Part shown: piece after piece, positions 18,551 through 29,994 of the stretch | How the letters are laid out: each line of letters starts with the position of its first letter | Numbering within the stretch: the first letter of the stretch is position 1 | From: an uncultured Bacteroides sp. | GTDB lineage: Bacteria; Bacteroidota; Bacteroidia; Bacteroidales; Bacteroidaceae | Direction of reading: 5' to 3' | Assembly: GCA_949289265.1 (NCBI GenBank) | Contig: CASENE010000042.1 | Location: 859 to 64,858 of the forward strand | DNA length: 64,000 nt | The notes under the pieces: generated by a model | What the model was told of the DNA's origin: nothing | The model's database searches: none | What the model saw: the letters and a program-made list of their open reading frames with translations, nothing else | Program-made: the position numbers and the translations under genes

Positions 18551-20104
18551 TTACTCCCACTCGATGGTCGAAGGCGGTTTGGACGAGATGTCGTAGGCCA
18601 CGCGGTTCACGCCCTTCACCTTATTGATGATGTCGTTGGACACCTGCGCCAGGAAGTCGTAAGGCAGGTGGGCCCAGTCGGCGGTCATGGCGTCGGTGCT
18701 GGTGACGGCACGCAGGGCCACGGCACGCTCGTAGGTGCGCTCGTCGCCCATCACGCCCACGCTGCGCACGGGCAGCAGGATGACGCCGGCCTGCCATACC
18801 TGGTCGTACAAGGAAACCTCCTTACCGTCGGCATCCTTCACCTTCCAGTCGCGCAGGCCGCGGATGAAGATGTCGTCGGCGTCCTGCAGGATGCGCACCT
18901 TCTCGCGGGTGATGTCGCCCAGGATGCGCACGGCCAGACCGGGGCCGGGGAAGGGATGGCGGCCGATGAGGTGCTCCGGTATGCCCAGCTCGCGGCCCAC
19001 GCGGCGCACTTCGTCCTTGAAGAGCCACTTCAACGGCTCGCACAGCCGGAGGTTCATCTCCTTGGGCAGGCCGCCCACGTTGTGGTGGCTCTTGATGACC
19101 TTGCCCGTGATGTTGAGGCTCTCGATACGGTCGGGATAGATGGTGCCCTGCGCCAGCCAGCGGGCGTCGGTAATCTTGCGGGCCTCAGCGTTGAACACCT
19201 CCACGAAGTCGCGGCCTATGATTTTGCGTTTCTGCTCGGGGTCGCTCACGCCTTCCAAGTCCTTGAAGAACTTCTCCGAGGCATCCACGCCGATGACGTT
19301 CAGGCCCAGGCATTCGTAGTCGTGCAGCACGTCGTGGAACTCATTCTTGCGCAGCAGGCCGTGGTCCACGAAGATGCAGGTCAGGTTCCGGCCAATGGCT
19401 CGGTTCAGCAGCACGGCGGCCACGGACGAGTCCACGCCCCCGCTCAGGCCCAGGATGACGCGGTCGTTGCCAATCTGCTCTTTCAGCTCGGCCACGGTGC
19501 TGTCCACGAACGAGGCCGAACTCCACGTCTGGCGGCATCCGCAGATGTCCACCACGAAGTTCTTCAGCATCAGTGTGCCGTCTACGCTGTGATAGACCTC
19601 CGGATGGAACTGCACGCCCCACACCTGCTCGTCCTCCACCTGGTAGGCGGCGACGGCCACCTCGTCGGTCGAGGCGATGACGCGGAAGTTGTCCGGGACG
19701 GCGGTGATGGTGTCGCCGTGGCTCATCCACACCTGCGAGTGTTCGCGCACGCCCTTCAGCAGGGGATTGTCGTGCTCGAAGCGGCCCAGGCGGGCACGTC
19801 CGTACTCGCGGCTGCCGGCGGGTTCCACCTTGCCCCCGTTGGTGTAGGCAATGAACTGCGCGCCGTAGCAGATGCCCAGGATGGGCAGCTTGCCGCGGAT
19901 GCCGCTCAAATCGACCTTGAACGCCTCCCGGTCGTACACCGAGAAGGGGCTGCCGGACAGGATGACGCCCTTGACGCTCTCGTCGCCGTGCGGGAACTTG
20001 TTGTAAGGCACGATTTCGCAATAGACGTTCAGTTCGCGGATGCGGCGGCCGATGAGCTGCGTGGTCTGCGAGCCGAAGTCGAGAATGATAATCTTTTCCT
20101 CCAT
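18551..20104 (-). CDS. guaA: GMP synthase (glutamine-hydrolysing)
   Basis: [59 protein letters not shown]; -7 box TACATTTG at 20146-20153. Confidence 0.98.
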   Translation of the reverse strand: MEEKIIILDFGSQTTQLIGRRIRELNVYCEIVPYNKFPHGDESVKGVILSGSPFSVYDREAFKVDLSGIRGKLPILGICYGAQFIAYTNGGKVEPAGSREYGRARLGRFEHDNPLLKGVREHSQVWMSHGDTITAVPDNFRVIASTDEVAVAAYQVEDEQVWGVQFHPEVYHSVDGTLMLKNFVVDICGCRQTWSSASFVDSTVAELKEQIGNDRVILGLSGGVDSSVAAVLLNRAIGRNLTCIFVDHGLLRKNEFHDVLHDYECLGLNVIGVDASEKFFKDLEGVSDPEQKRKIIGRDFVEVFNAEARKITDARWLAQGTIYPDRIESLNITGKVIKSHHNVGGLPKEMNLRLCEPLKWLFKDEVRRVGRELGIPEHLIGRHPFPGPGLAVRILGDITREKVRILQDADDIFIRGLRDWKVKDADGKEVSLYDQVWQAGVILLPVRSVGVMGDERTYERAVALRAVTSTDAMTADWAHLPYDFLAQVSNDIINKVKGVNRVAYDISSKPPSTIEWE

Positions 20105-20229
20105 ATCAATCTGTTGGTGAATAATGTTTATACCGAATGAAAGTGCAAATGTAAGAAAAAGCGGGAACATTTCGGGCATCCGGGCGGAAAAATAATCATC
20201 CCTGCCGTTCCGCGTGCCGGCGCCGCGTG

Positions 20230-20295
20230 CCGGGGACTATAATCCCCGCCGCCTGGCGCTTCAACCCCAGGCGGCGGGAACTATGGTGCCAGCGT
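20230..20295. repeat. 22-bp tandem array, 3 degenerate units
   Basis: ccggggactataatccccgccg / cctggcgcttcaaccccaggcg / gcgggaactatggtgccagcgt. Confidence 0.6.
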
Positions 20296-20386
20296 GCTGG
20301 AATTGGGACGCCAAGCCGGCCTCTCCGCAGGCCCGGACAAGGGCGGGAAGGCGGGCCGCGCAGACGGCAAAATCGCCCGTTTTTGT

Positions 20387-20406
20387 GCAAGAATGCGCAT
20401 TCTTGC
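20387..20406. other. Perfect 20-bp palindrome
   Basis: gcaagaatgcgcattcttgc is its own reverse complement. Confidence 0.9.
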
Positions 20407-20581
20407 TGCATTTATGGCCAATAAACGCCGTTTTTCTGCACTTTGGTACACATAGCATAGTATAGCATAGAATAGCATATCCTCCTTCCTTAAGGTTTCC
20501 CCCTCCGGGAAACCGGGCGGCGCGGGCCGGCGCCCGCTGCCGGAGGGAGGAGGAAGACGGAGAGGATATTTTTTCTTTCGC

Positions 20582-21043
20582 TCAAGCCTTCCGTTCCGGC
20601 TCGCGGGCACGCTGTTCGCGCAGCAGGTCGCGTATCTCCGTCAGCAGCAGCTCTTCCTTGCTGGGGGCAGGCGGCGCGGGAGGCGCGGCGGGGGCGGCAG
20701 GCTTCTTGCGGCTCAGCCGGGAGAGCAGGCGCACGAAGAGGAAGACGGAGAAGGCGATGATGAGGAAGTCGAACGTCACCTGCAGGAAGTTGCCGTAGTT
20801 CAGCGTCACGGCCGCCGCCACCTCCTCGCCGTCCTTCACCACGGCAGGCTTCATCACCCACTTCAGGTCGGTGAAGTTCACCCCGCCCACCAGCAGCCCG
20901 ATGGGCGGCATGATGACGTCGGCCACCACCGACGAGACAATCTTTCCGAACGCGCCGCCTATAATCACGCCGACGGCCATGTCTATCACGTTGCCCTTCA
21001 TGGCAAACGCCTTGAAATCTTGCAGAAAAGTTGATTTTCCCAT
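20582..21043 (-). CDS. mscL: Large-conductance mechanosensitive channel
   Basis: [43 protein letters not shown]. Confidence 0.97.
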   Translation of the reverse strand: MGKSTFLQDFKAFAMKGNVIDMAVGVIIGGAFGKIVSSVVADVIMPPIGLLVGGVNFTDLKWVMKPAVVKDGEEVAAAVTLNYGNFLQVTFDFLIIAFSVFLFVRLLSRLSRKKPAAPAAPPAPPAPSKEELLLTEIRDLLREQRAREPERKA

Positions 21044-21071
21044 ATCCGAATATCTGTTTGTTGTCTGATAC

Positions 21072-22106
21072 TTACAGCGTTTCTATCTCGTCACGGCCCA
21101 GCTGGGTGACCCGCGCGATTTCTTCCACCGGAATGCCCAGGCTCTTCATCCCGGCGGCCATTTGCAGGCGGGCAGCTTTCAGGCCTTCTTCGCGACCTTT
21201 CTCGATGCCTTCCTGCAGGCCTTTCTCGTGTCCTTCCTGCAGGCCTTTCTCGCGACCTTCTTGCAGGCCTTTCTCGCGACCTTCCTGCAGGCCTTTCTCG
21301 CGGCCTTCTTTCAAGCCTTCAGCCCGACCTTCTTTCAAGCCTTCAGCCCGGCCTTTCGCACGGCCTTCTTTCGCCGCTATCATTTTGGCGGTGTTGATGG
21401 TGTTCACCCAGTCGCGATAGACCTTCAGGCTTTCTTCGTAGTTGTCATATTCCACCTTGGTGAACTTGGCTATCTCGGCCGCCTCGAACAGTTTGTTGAA
21501 GATGCGCTCTTGCAGGGCCTTGGGCCGCTCCATCAGGCGGGAGAGGTTGCGCAGGACGAAGAGCCATTTCTCGAACATGCCGTCCAGTTCGTCTTCCTGC
21601 TTGTTGAACTTGGGCATCTCCAGGTAGATGAAGGTCAGCTTGTCGTAGAACACCTCGTGGGTATGCTTGTCCATCAGCTGCACCTCGTGGTGGAAATACC
21701 GGTCGTCCCGCTCGTCGAAAGTGAAGTTGAGGATGCCGATGACGTAGACCGCCTTCAGCCGGTAGTCCCAGTCGCCCCGCTGGCCCTGCTCGCGGATGGG
21801 GAAGGTGGCGTAGTAGAGGCTGCGGTCCTTGAAGTACTGCTGCACGCCGCGCTGCATCTCCACCAGGATTTTCTCGCCCCGCTCGTTTTCGCAATAGACG
21901 TCGAACACCGCCTTGCGGTCGGCCTCGCCGGTGCCGATGTGCTCGGTGTTGAGGTAGGTCAGGTCTTTCACCACCTCCCTGCCGTGCAGCAGGCTGTTGA
22001 TGAAACTGATGAGCAAATCCTTGTTCATTTCCGTGCCGAACAGCTTCTTGAAGCCGAAGTCGGTGTAGGGGTTCACGTATCTGTCGCCGAAGTTTCTGCG
22101 GTTCAT
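21072..22106 (-). CDS. Rpn family PD-(D/E)XK nuclease (recombination-promoting nuclease/putative transposase) with C-terminal EGxx repeats
   Basis: [50 protein letters not shown]; own -7 box TAAGTTTG at 22135-22142. Confidence 0.92.
   Translation of the reverse strand: MNRRNFGDRYVNPYTDFGFKKLFGTEMNKDLLISFINSLLHGREVVKDLTYLNTEHIGTGEADRKAVFDVYCENERGEKILVEMQRGVQQYFKDRSLYYATFPIREQGQRGDWDYRLKAVYVIGILNFTFDERDDRYFHHEVQLMDKHTHEVFYDKLTFIYLEMPKFNKQEDELDGMFEKWLFVLRNLSRLMERPKALQERIFNKLFEAAEIAKFTKVEYDNYEESLKVYRDWVNTINTAKMIAAKEGRAKGRAEGLKEGRAEGLKEGREKGLQEGREKGLQEGREKGLQEGHEKGLQEGIEKGREEGLKAARLQMAAGMKSLGIPVEEIARVTQLGRDEIETL
21177..21372 (-). repeat. Coding 12/24-bp tandem repeat in the rpn 3' end
   Basis: Encodes [28 protein letters not shown](EGREKGLQ)x2 [20 protein letters not shown]. 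Confidence 0.9.
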
Positions 22107-22295
22107 AAACAATGCTTTTTTTAAAACAACCATGCAAACTTAGCGAAAAAAATCGGTATCCCGCCCCCGCAGGGCAAAAAAACGGGCAGTTTTTGTTGGA
22201 CGGACGGCGACAGCGGGCGCAGGTTTTTCCGCCCCTCGCCCATTTTTTTAAATTATTTAATCATCAAACAGCACACGAATATAAAAACAATTTCT

Positions 22296-22303
22296 TATTT
22301 TTG
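22296..22303 (+). promoter_or_regulatory. -7 promoter box for gap
   Basis: TATTTTTG. Confidence 0.6.
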
Positions 22304-22367
22304 CAGCGCGATTGGGAGAGTAAAGTCCCCGACGTCGCAAGGAAGAAACTAATAAACAACACTATAA

Positions 22368-23399
<1,032 letters not shown>

Positions 23400-23422
23400 T
23401 CATCAGTTAGAAAATATTAAAG

Positions 23423-23456
23423 AAAGGACGGCTCCCGCTGGAGTCGTCCTTTTTTT
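23423..23456 (+). terminator. Intrinsic terminator after gap
   Basis: aaaggacggctcc-cgct-ggagtcgtcc followed by a T run. Confidence 0.85.
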
Positions 23457-23492
23457 GTATATTTGCGGGTTGAATAAACGAAGAGAAATTGT

Positions 23493-25562
23493 ATGACACA
23501 CACCGATACCAACCCCTTCTTCAGCCCCTTCGACACGCCCCACGGCACCATGCCCTTCGACCGCATCCGCCCGGAACACTACGAGCCCGCCCTGCGCGAA
23601 GGCATCCGCCGGCAGCTGGCCGAGATAGACGCCATCACCGGCAACCCCGAAACGCCCGACTTCGCCAACACCATCGAGGCCTTTGAACACTCGGGCAGGC
23701 TGCTAAACCTGGTGAGCGCCGTCTTCAGCAACCTGCACAGCGCCGAAACCAGCGACGAGATGGAACGCCTGGCCCAGGTGCTGATGCCCCTGATGAGCGA
23801 ACACAGCAACAACATCACGCTGAACGAACGCCTCTTCGCGCGCATCAAGCACGTCTACGACCATACGGACAAGTCCCTGCTCAGCCCCGAACAGCAGACC
23901 CTGCTGGAAGAAACCTACCAGGGCTTCGTGCGCAACGGAGCCAACCTGCAGGGCGACGCGCGCGACGGCTACCGCGAACTCTGCAAGGAACTGAGCCTGC
24001 TGACCCTGCAATTCAGCGAGCACTGCCTGAAGGAGACCAACGACTACCTGCTGGTGCTGACCGACCGCGCCCAACTGGCCGGCCTGCCCGACACCGCCGT
24101 CGAAGCCGCCGCCGAGACCGCCCGCGAGAAGGGCTTGCCCGAAGGCCAATGGGCCATCACCCTGCATGCCCCCAGCTACGTCCCCTTCATGCAATACGCC
24201 GCCAGCCGCGACCTGCGCCGCCGCCTCTACCTGGCCTACAACACCAAGTGCACCCACCCGGACAACGGCTGCTGCAACCTGGACATCGTGAAGCAGATTG
24301 TCAACGACCACCTGGAACTGGCCCGCCTGATGGGCTACGGCAACTATGCGGAATACGTCCTTCGCCACCGCATGGCGCAAGACACCGCCCACGTCTACCA
24401 CCTGCTCGACCAACTGCTCGAAGCCTACGCCCCCACCGCCCATCAGGAGGTGGCCGAAGTGCAGGCCCTGGCCCGCGAGACGGAGGGAGACGACTTCGTG
24501 CTGATGCCCTGGGACTGGAGCTATTATTCGCAGAAGCTGAAAGACCGCAAATACAGCCTGGACGACGAGCTGCTGCGCCCCTACTTCGAGTTGAGCCGCG
24601 TCAAAGAAGGAGTCTTCGGCCTGGCCACGCGCCTCTACGGCATCACCTTCCGCCCCAACCCCGACATCCCGGTCTATCATCCGGACGTGGACGCCTACGA
24701 GGTGTACGACCGCGACGGCTCGTTCCTGGCCGTGCTCTACGCCGACTTCCACCCCCGCGCGGGCAAACGGGCCGGCGCCTGGATGACGTCCTACAAGGGG
24801 CAATGGCGCGACCCGCAGACCGGCGCGGACAGCCGCCCGCACGTGTCCATCGTGATGAACTTCAGCAAGCCCACGCAAGGCAAGCCCGCCCTGCTGACCT
24901 TCAGCGAGATGGAAACCTTCCTGCACGAGTTCGGCCACAGCCTGCACGGCATGATGGCCAACACCACCTACGAAAGCCTGAGCGGCACCAACGTCTACTG
25001 GGACTTCGTGGAGCTGCCCTCGCAGTTCATGGAGAACTTTGCCAGGCAGAAGGAATTCCTCCACACCTTTGCCCGCCACTACCAGACGGGCGAGCTTATC
25101 CCCGACACACTGGTGCAGCGCATCAAGGACTCGGCCAACTTCAACGCTGCCTACGCCTGCCTGCGCCAGGTCAGCTTCGGGCTGCTGGACATGGCTTGGT
25201 ACACCCGCACCACGCCCTTCGGCGGCGACGTGGAAGAGTATGAGAAGCAAGCCTGGGCCCGCGCGCAAGTCCTGCCCTCCGTGCCCGGCACGTGCATGAG
25301 CGTGCAGTTCTCCCACATCTTCGCAGGAGGGTATTCGGCGGGATACTACAGCTACAAATGGGCCGAGGTGCTGGACGCCGACGCCTTCGCCCTGTTCAAA
25401 GAGAAAGGCATCTTCAACCCCGAAGTGGCCGCATCCTTCCGCCACAACATCCTGGAGAAAGGCGGCACCGAACACCCCATGACGCTCTACCGCCGCTTCC
25501 GCGGACAAGAGCCCACCATCGACGCATTATTAATCAGAAACGGCATAAAGAAAGAATCATGA
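23493..25562 (+). CDS. dcp: M3 family metallopeptidase (peptidyl-dipeptidase Dcp/oligopeptidase A)
   Basis: HEFGHSLH zinc motif, FVELPSQFME, HIFAGGYSAGYYSYKWAEVLDAD; -7 box TATATTTG at 23458-23465. Confidence 0.93.
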   Translation: MTHTDTNPFFSPFDTPHGTMPFDRIRPEHYEPALREGIRRQLAEIDAITGNPETPDFANTIEAFEHSGRLLNLVSAVFSNLHSAETSDEMERLAQVLMPLMSEHSNNITLNERLFARIKHVYDHTDKSLLSPEQQTLLEETYQGFVRNGANLQGDARDGYRELCKELSLLTLQFSEHCLKETNDYLLVLTDRAQLAGLPDTAVEAAAETAREKGLPEGQWAITLHAPSYVPFMQYAASRDLRRRLYLAYNTKCTHPDNGCCNLDIVKQIVNDHLELARLMGYGNYAEYVLRHRMAQDTAHVYHLLDQLLEAYAPTAHQEVAEVQALARETEGDDFVLMPWDWSYYSQKLKDRKYSLDDELLRPYFELSRVKEGVFGLATRLYGITFRPNPDIPVYHPDVDAYEVYDRDGSFLAVLYADFHPRAGKRAGAWMTSYKGQWRDPQTGADSRPHVSIVMNFSKPTQGKPALLTFSEMETFLHEFGHSLHGMMANTTYESLSGTNVYWDFVELPSQFMENFARQKEFLHTFARHYQTGELIPDTLVQRIKDSANFNAAYACLRQVSFGLLDMAWYTRTTPFGGDVEEYEKQAWARAQVLPSVPGTCMSVQFSHIFAGGYSAGYYSYKWAEVLDADAFALFKEKGIFNPEVAASFRHNILEKGGTEHPMTLYRRFRGQEPTIDALLIRNGIKKES

Positions 25563-26083
25563 ACCAGAGAAAGCCATCCGCCGGAACACTGCCGGTCGTC
25601 CTGCTGCTCTTCGTCCTGCTCCCGCTGCTGGGCGCCTGCGACGAGGGCGACGACGTGAACGAAATCTTCGCCAGCGGCACATGGAAACTGACCAACATCA
25701 CCACGGAGAAAAGCAACCAGATGATTGACCTCTGGGGCGCGGACGAGGCAGCCCGCCAGAGAAGCCTCAACCTGATGAACCAGCCGGGCACCTTCACGCT
25801 CACGTTCTACGAAGGAGAAGGCGACGGGCAGGCCAGCGGCGAGTTCGACGTGACAAGCTCCAACCGCCACGGGACAGGCCGGTGGACAGCCGAGGGCTCC
25901 TCGCGCGCGCTCCGCCTGAGCAACCTGCAACTGACCGGGGCAGGCGAAACGGACATCGTGGCCAAGACCTTCCTCAACGGCCTGCAAAACGCAACGCGCT
26001 ACAGCGGCGACTCCAATTTCCTGTACATCTACTACGAAGAAGAGGGACAGCCCGTCAGACGCCTCTGGTTTATACACCCCTAA
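25559..26083 (+). CDS. DUF4847-like lipoprotein
   Basis: Lipobox LLGA-C then DEGDD; WKL, FLNGLQNATRYSGD; ATGA overlap with the dcp stop. Confidence 0.7.
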   Translation: MNQRKPSAGTLPVVLLLFVLLPLLGACDEGDDVNEIFASGTWKLTNITTEKSNQMIDLWGADEAARQRSLNLMNQPGTFTLTFYEGEGDGQASGEFDVTSSNRHGTGRWTAEGSSRALRLSNLQLTGAGETDIVAKTFLNGLQNATRYSGDSNFLYIYYEEEGQPVRRLWFIHP

Positions 26084-26100
26084 CCCACAAGAACCGAACC

Positions 26101-26541
26101 ATGGACAACGAATCAGCCAAAGCCAAACAGCACGCCCTGGACCTGCGCTACATCCGCATGGCAGGCATCTGGGCCGAAAACTCCTACTGCAAGCGGCGCC
26201 AGGTGGGCGCCCTCATCGTGAAGGACAAGATGATTATCTCCGACGGATACAACGGCACGCCCTCGGGCTTCGAGAACGTCTGCGAGGACGAGCACAACCT
26301 GACCAAGCCCTACGTGTTGCACGCCGAAGCCAACGCCATCACCAAAATCGCCCGCTCCAACAACAGCAGCGACGGCGCCACCATGTACGTCACCGCCTCG
26401 CCCTGCATCGAATGCTCCAAACTCATCATACAAGCCGGCATCAAGCGCGTGGTCTATTCCGAGAAATACCGCCTGGAAGACGGCATCGAACTGCTGAAGC
26501 GCGCCGGCATCGAAGTCGTGTATATTCCGATTAGTGATTAG
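26101..26541 (+). CDS. dCMP deaminase family protein
   Basis: GYNGTPSG, LHAEANAI, PCIECSK zinc motifs. Confidence 0.93.
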   Translation: MDNESAKAKQHALDLRYIRMAGIWAENSYCKRRQVGALIVKDKMIISDGYNGTPSGFENVCEDEHNLTKPYVLHAEANAITKIARSNNSSDGATMYVTASPCIECSKLIIQAGIKRVVYSEKYRLEDGIELLKRAGIEVVYIPISD

Positions 26542-26720
26542 TGATTAATGGGCCAATGAGTCATAAAAGGGAGAATACAAAACGCCTGCGCACTTATCAC
26601 TAATCACTTATCACTTATCACTAATCACTTATCACTAACCATTAATCACTTATCACTAAACACTAAACACTAAACACTAACCACTAACCGCTAAACACTA
26701 ACCACTAACCGCTAAACACT
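26530..26720. repeat. TTAGTGA/CACTAAW heptamer inverted-arm element, asymmetric (~3 vs ~18 units)
   Basis: attagtgattagtgattaatggg, 40-nt spacer, then cacttat/cactaat/cactaaa/cactaac tandem run at 26591-26720. Confidence 0.9.
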
Positions 26721-26727
26721 CCCTATC

Positions 26728-28470
26728 ATGAGCAACAAGAATACCTTCCGCTTCACCCCGCTCATCATTGCCGGCAGCGTGGTGCTGGGCATCCTCATCG
26801 GGACGTTCTACGCCAAGCACTACGGCGGCAACAAGCTGGGCATCATCAACGCGTCGTCCAACAAGCTGAACGCCCTGCTGCACGTCATCGAAAACCAGTA
26901 CGTCGACACCGTCAACATGGCCGACCTGGTGGAGAAAACCATGCCGCAGATACTGGCCGAGCTGGACCCCCACTCCACCTACATCCCCGCGCAAGACCTG
27001 GAAGAGGTGAACTCCGAACTGGAGGGCAGCTTCAGCGGCGTGGGCATACAGTTCACCATCATGCAAGACACCATCCACGTCAACAGCATCGTGCCCGGCG
27101 GCCCTGCCGAGAAGGTGGGCATGCTGGCGGGCGACCGCATCGTGACCGTGGACGACAGCCTCTTCGTGGGCAAAGACCTGACCAACGAACGCGCCCTGCG
27201 CACCCTCAAGGGGCCCAAGGGCAGCCTGGTGAAGCTGGGCGTGAAGCGCATGACGGAAAAAGAACTGCTGCACTTCACCATCGAACGCGGCGACATCCCG
27301 CAGAACACCATCGACGCCGCCTACATGCTGAACGACGACTACGGCTACATACAAGTCAGCAAGTTCGGGCGCACCACCCACGTCGAACTGCTCAACGCCA
27401 TCGCCCAGCTGAACCACCGGGGATGCCGGGGCTACATCATCGACCTGCGCGACAACACGGGCGGATACATGGACGCCGCCACCCGCATGGTCAACGAGTT
27501 CCTCCCGGCCCACAAGCTCATCGTCTACGCCGAAGGACGCAAATATCCCCGCTGGGAAGACTATGCCGACGGCACGGGCAGCTGCCAGCAGACGCCGCTG
27601 GTGGTGCTCATCAACGAAGGCTCGGCCTCGGCCAGCGAAATCTTCGCCGGAGCCATCCAGGACAACGACCGCGGCACCATCGTGGGCCGGCGCTCTTTCG
27701 GCAAGGGACTGGTGCAGCAACCCATCGACTTCAGCGACGGCTCGGGCATCCGCCTGACCATCGCCCGCTACTACACCCCCTCCGGACGCTGCATCCAGCG
27801 GCCCTACGACAGCGGCGACAACATGGCCTACGAGATGGACTGGCTGCGCCGATACGAACACGGCGAGTTCTTCTCCGAGGACAGCATCAAGCTGAACACC
27901 GACCAGCAGTACTTCACCGCCCTGGGCCGGCCCGTCTACGGCGGCGGGGGCATCATGCCCGACATCTTCGTGCCGCAAGACACCACCGGCGTCACCTCGT
28001 GGCTCATCGAGGTGAACAACAAGGGCGTCATCCTGCAATACAGCTTTGAATACACCGACCGCCACCGCGCCCGCCTGTCCGAATACACCCGCCAGGAAGA
28101 CCTGCTGAAATACCTGCAACGCCAGAACCTGGTGACCCAGTTCGTGCGCTATGCCGACCGGAAAGGCGTGAAGCGGCGCAACCTGCTCATCCAGAAGTCG
28201 CGCAAGCTGCTCGAACGCAACCTCTACGCCTCCATCATCTACAACATGCTGGGGCGCGAGGAATACATCCGCTACATCAACGAGAGCGATGCCACCGTGA
28301 AGCGCGCGCTGGACATCCTGGAGAAGGGCGAAGCCTTCCCCCGGGCCCCGCAGAACAACCAAGAAGAGGAGGGAACGAACGATGCTGAGCAAAAAAGAAT
28401 GGCGCAAGGAGATATCCCGACGGAAGACCCTGGCGCAATCTTCCGGCTGGCGCGCGCGGCAAGCTGCTGA
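26728..28470 (+). CDS. S41 family C-terminal processing peptidase
   Basis: LDPHS, FSGVGI, PDZ domain, DLRDNTGG, SASASEIFAGAIQD, FGKGLVQ, YYTPSGRCIQ. Confidence 0.93.
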   Translation: MSNKNTFRFTPLIIAGSVVLGILIGTFYAKHYGGNKLGIINASSNKLNALLHVIENQYVDTVNMADLVEKTMPQILAELDPHSTYIPAQDLEEVNSELEGSFSGVGIQFTIMQDTIHVNSIVPGGPAEKVGMLAGDRIVTVDDSLFVGKDLTNERALRTLKGPKGSLVKLGVKRMTEKELLHFTIERGDIPQNTIDAAYMLNDDYGYIQVSKFGRTTHVELLNAIAQLNHRGCRGYIIDLRDNTGGYMDAATRMVNEFLPAHKLIVYAEGRKYPRWEDYADGTGSCQQTPLVVLINEGSASASEIFAGAIQDNDRGTIVGRRSFGKGLVQQPIDFSDGSGIRLTIARYYTPSGRCIQRPYDSGDNMAYEMDWLRRYEHGEFFSEDSIKLNTDQQYFTALGRPVYGGGGIMPDIFVPQDTTGVTSWLIEVNNKGVILQYSFEYTDRHRARLSEYTRQEDLLKYLQRQNLVTQFVRYADRKGVKRRNLLIQKSRKLLERNLYASIIYNMLGREEYIRYINESDATVKRALDILEKGEAFPRAPQNNQEEEGTNDAEQKRMAQGDIPTEDPGAIFRLARAASC

Positions 28471-28942
28471 CGACGCCCTGGCCGCCCTCGAAGGACACCC
28501 ACGCTGGCAGGCGGCGCGCACCGTGCTGCTCTACCACTCGCTGCCCGACGAGGTGGACACCCACGCCCTCATCCGCCGCTGGGCGGGACGGAAACGCATC
28601 CTGCTCCCCGTGGTCGTGGGCGACGACCTGGAGCTGCGCCTCTATGCCGGCGACGACCGCCTGGCCCCTGGCGCCTTCCACATCGAGGAGCCCCGGGGAG
28701 AGCCCTTCACGGACTACGCCGGGATAGACCTGGCCGTCATCCCCGGCGTGGCCTTCGACCGCGCGGGCAACCGCCTGGGCCGGGGCAAGGGATACTACGA
28801 CCGGCTGCTGCCCCGCCTGGCGGACACGTACAAGATAGGGCTCTGCTACCCCTTCCAGCTGGCCGACAGCCTGCCCGCCGAGGCGCACGACGTACGGATG
28901 GACGAGGTGGTGTGCGGCCCGCCCCTCCCGCCTGGCCTTTAA
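28382..28942 (+). CDS. 5-formyltetrahydrofolate cyclo-ligase
   Basis: DEVDT, IPGVAFDRAGNRLGRGKGYYDR, EAHDVRMD. Confidence 0.93.
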   Translation: MLSKKEWRKEISRRKTLAQSSGWRARQAADDALAALEGHPRWQAARTVLLYHSLPDEVDTHALIRRWAGRKRILLPVVVGDDLELRLYAGDDRLAPGAFHIEEPRGEPFTDYAGIDLAVIPGVAFDRAGNRLGRGKGYYDRLLPRLADTYKIGLCYPFQLADSLPAEAHDVRMDEVVCGPPLPPGL

Positions 28943-28951
28943 CTCCTACCG

Positions 28952-29017
28952 ACCGGGCATTACTATCCCAGCCCACTGGCGTTATTATGCCAGCCAGGGA
29001 GAACTACTGTGCCAGGG
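28952..29017. repeat. 22-bp tandem array, 3 degenerate units
   Basis: accgggcattactatcccagcc / cactggcgttattatgccagcc / agggagaactactgtgccaggg. Confidence 0.55.
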
Positions 29018-29165
29018 AGGGAGTTAGAGGAAGGAGTTAGAGGAAGGAGTTAGAGGGAGTTATAGGGAGTTATCGCTTCGCTCAAGGAGTTAGAGGCCAA
29101 TACCTTTGTCATATCGCCGGACAACTATTGTCCTCTAACTCCCTATAACTCCCTATAACTTCTGA
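29016..29165. repeat. Dispersed GGAGTTA element, copy 2
   Basis: (ggagttag)n, atcgcttcgctcaaggagttag, gccaatacctttgtcatatc..caactat, (taactccc)n. Confidence 0.85.
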
Positions 29166-29205
29166 TACAGTATAAAACTAAATGATTACCGAAAAGGAAA
29201 CGACA

Positions 29206-29994
29206 ATGAAAACCAACTATCACACCCATACCACCCGGTGCCTGCACGCCGTAGGCACCGACGAGGCCTACGTCAAGAGCGCCCTGAAGGGCGGATACCA
29301 GGTGCTGGGCTTCTCCGACCACACGCCGTGGAAATACCGCACCGACTACGTGGCCGACATGCGCATGACGCCCGACCAGCTGCCCGGCTACGTGGAGAGC
29401 CTCCGCGCCCTGCGCGACCAGTACCGCGGGCAGATTGACATCCGCATAGGCCTGGAATGCGAATACTTCCCCGACTACCTGCACTGGCTGAAGGAGCAAA
29501 TCAAGGAGTACCGCCTGGACTACGTCATCCTCGGCAACCACTTCTACCACACGGACGAGAAGTTCCCCTACTTCGGCCACCACTGCGACACGCGCGACAT
29601 GCTCGACCTCTACGAGGAAAGCGCCATCGAGGGCATGGAGACCGGCCTGTTCTGCTGCCTGGCGCATCCCGACCTGTTCATGCGCTCCTACCCCCAGTGG
29701 GACCACCACTGCTCCCTCATCAGCCGCCACATCTGCCGCACCGCCGCCCGGCTGGACATCCCGCTGGAGTATAACATCGGCTACGTGGCCTACAACGAGG
29801 CCCACGGGCTGGAGACCTATCCCTGCCCCCGCTTCTGGCACATCGCCGCCGCCGAGGGCTGCACCGCCATCGTCGGCCTGGACGCCCACAACAACGCCGA
29901 CCTGGAAGACTCCACCTACTACGACCGCGCCTGCCGGGAACTGAAGGAACTGGGCATCCGCACGACGGATACCCTGCGGATGAACACGTGGTGA
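29206..29994 (+). CDS. PHP-family histidinol-phosphatase-like protein (HisJ family)
   Basis: YHTHT.RC.HA, LGFSDH, GLECEY, LGNH, LAHPD, LDAH; an alternative start at 29182 is possible. Confidence 0.85.
   Translation: MKTNYHTHTTRCLHAVGTDEAYVKSALKGGYQVLGFSDHTPWKYRTDYVADMRMTPDQLPGYVESLRALRDQYRGQIDIRIGLECEYFPDYLHWLKEQIKEYRLDYVILGNHFYHTDEKFPYFGHHCDTRDMLDLYEESAIEGMETGLFCCLAHPDLFMRSYPQWDHHCSLISRHICRTAARLDIPLEYNIGYVAYNEAHGLETYPCPRFWHIAAAEGCTAIVGLDAHNNADLEDSTYYDRACRELKELGIRTTDTLRMNTW

Noticed and set aside
20105-20160. Purine-sensing riboswitch upstream of guaA
   Set aside because: The -7 box is only ~40 nt from the start codon, leaving no room, and no aptamer motif is visible.
21072-22106. Rpn gene as an insertion-sequence transposase
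   Set aside because: No terminal inverted repeats or target duplication, and the Rpn family is not known to transpose.
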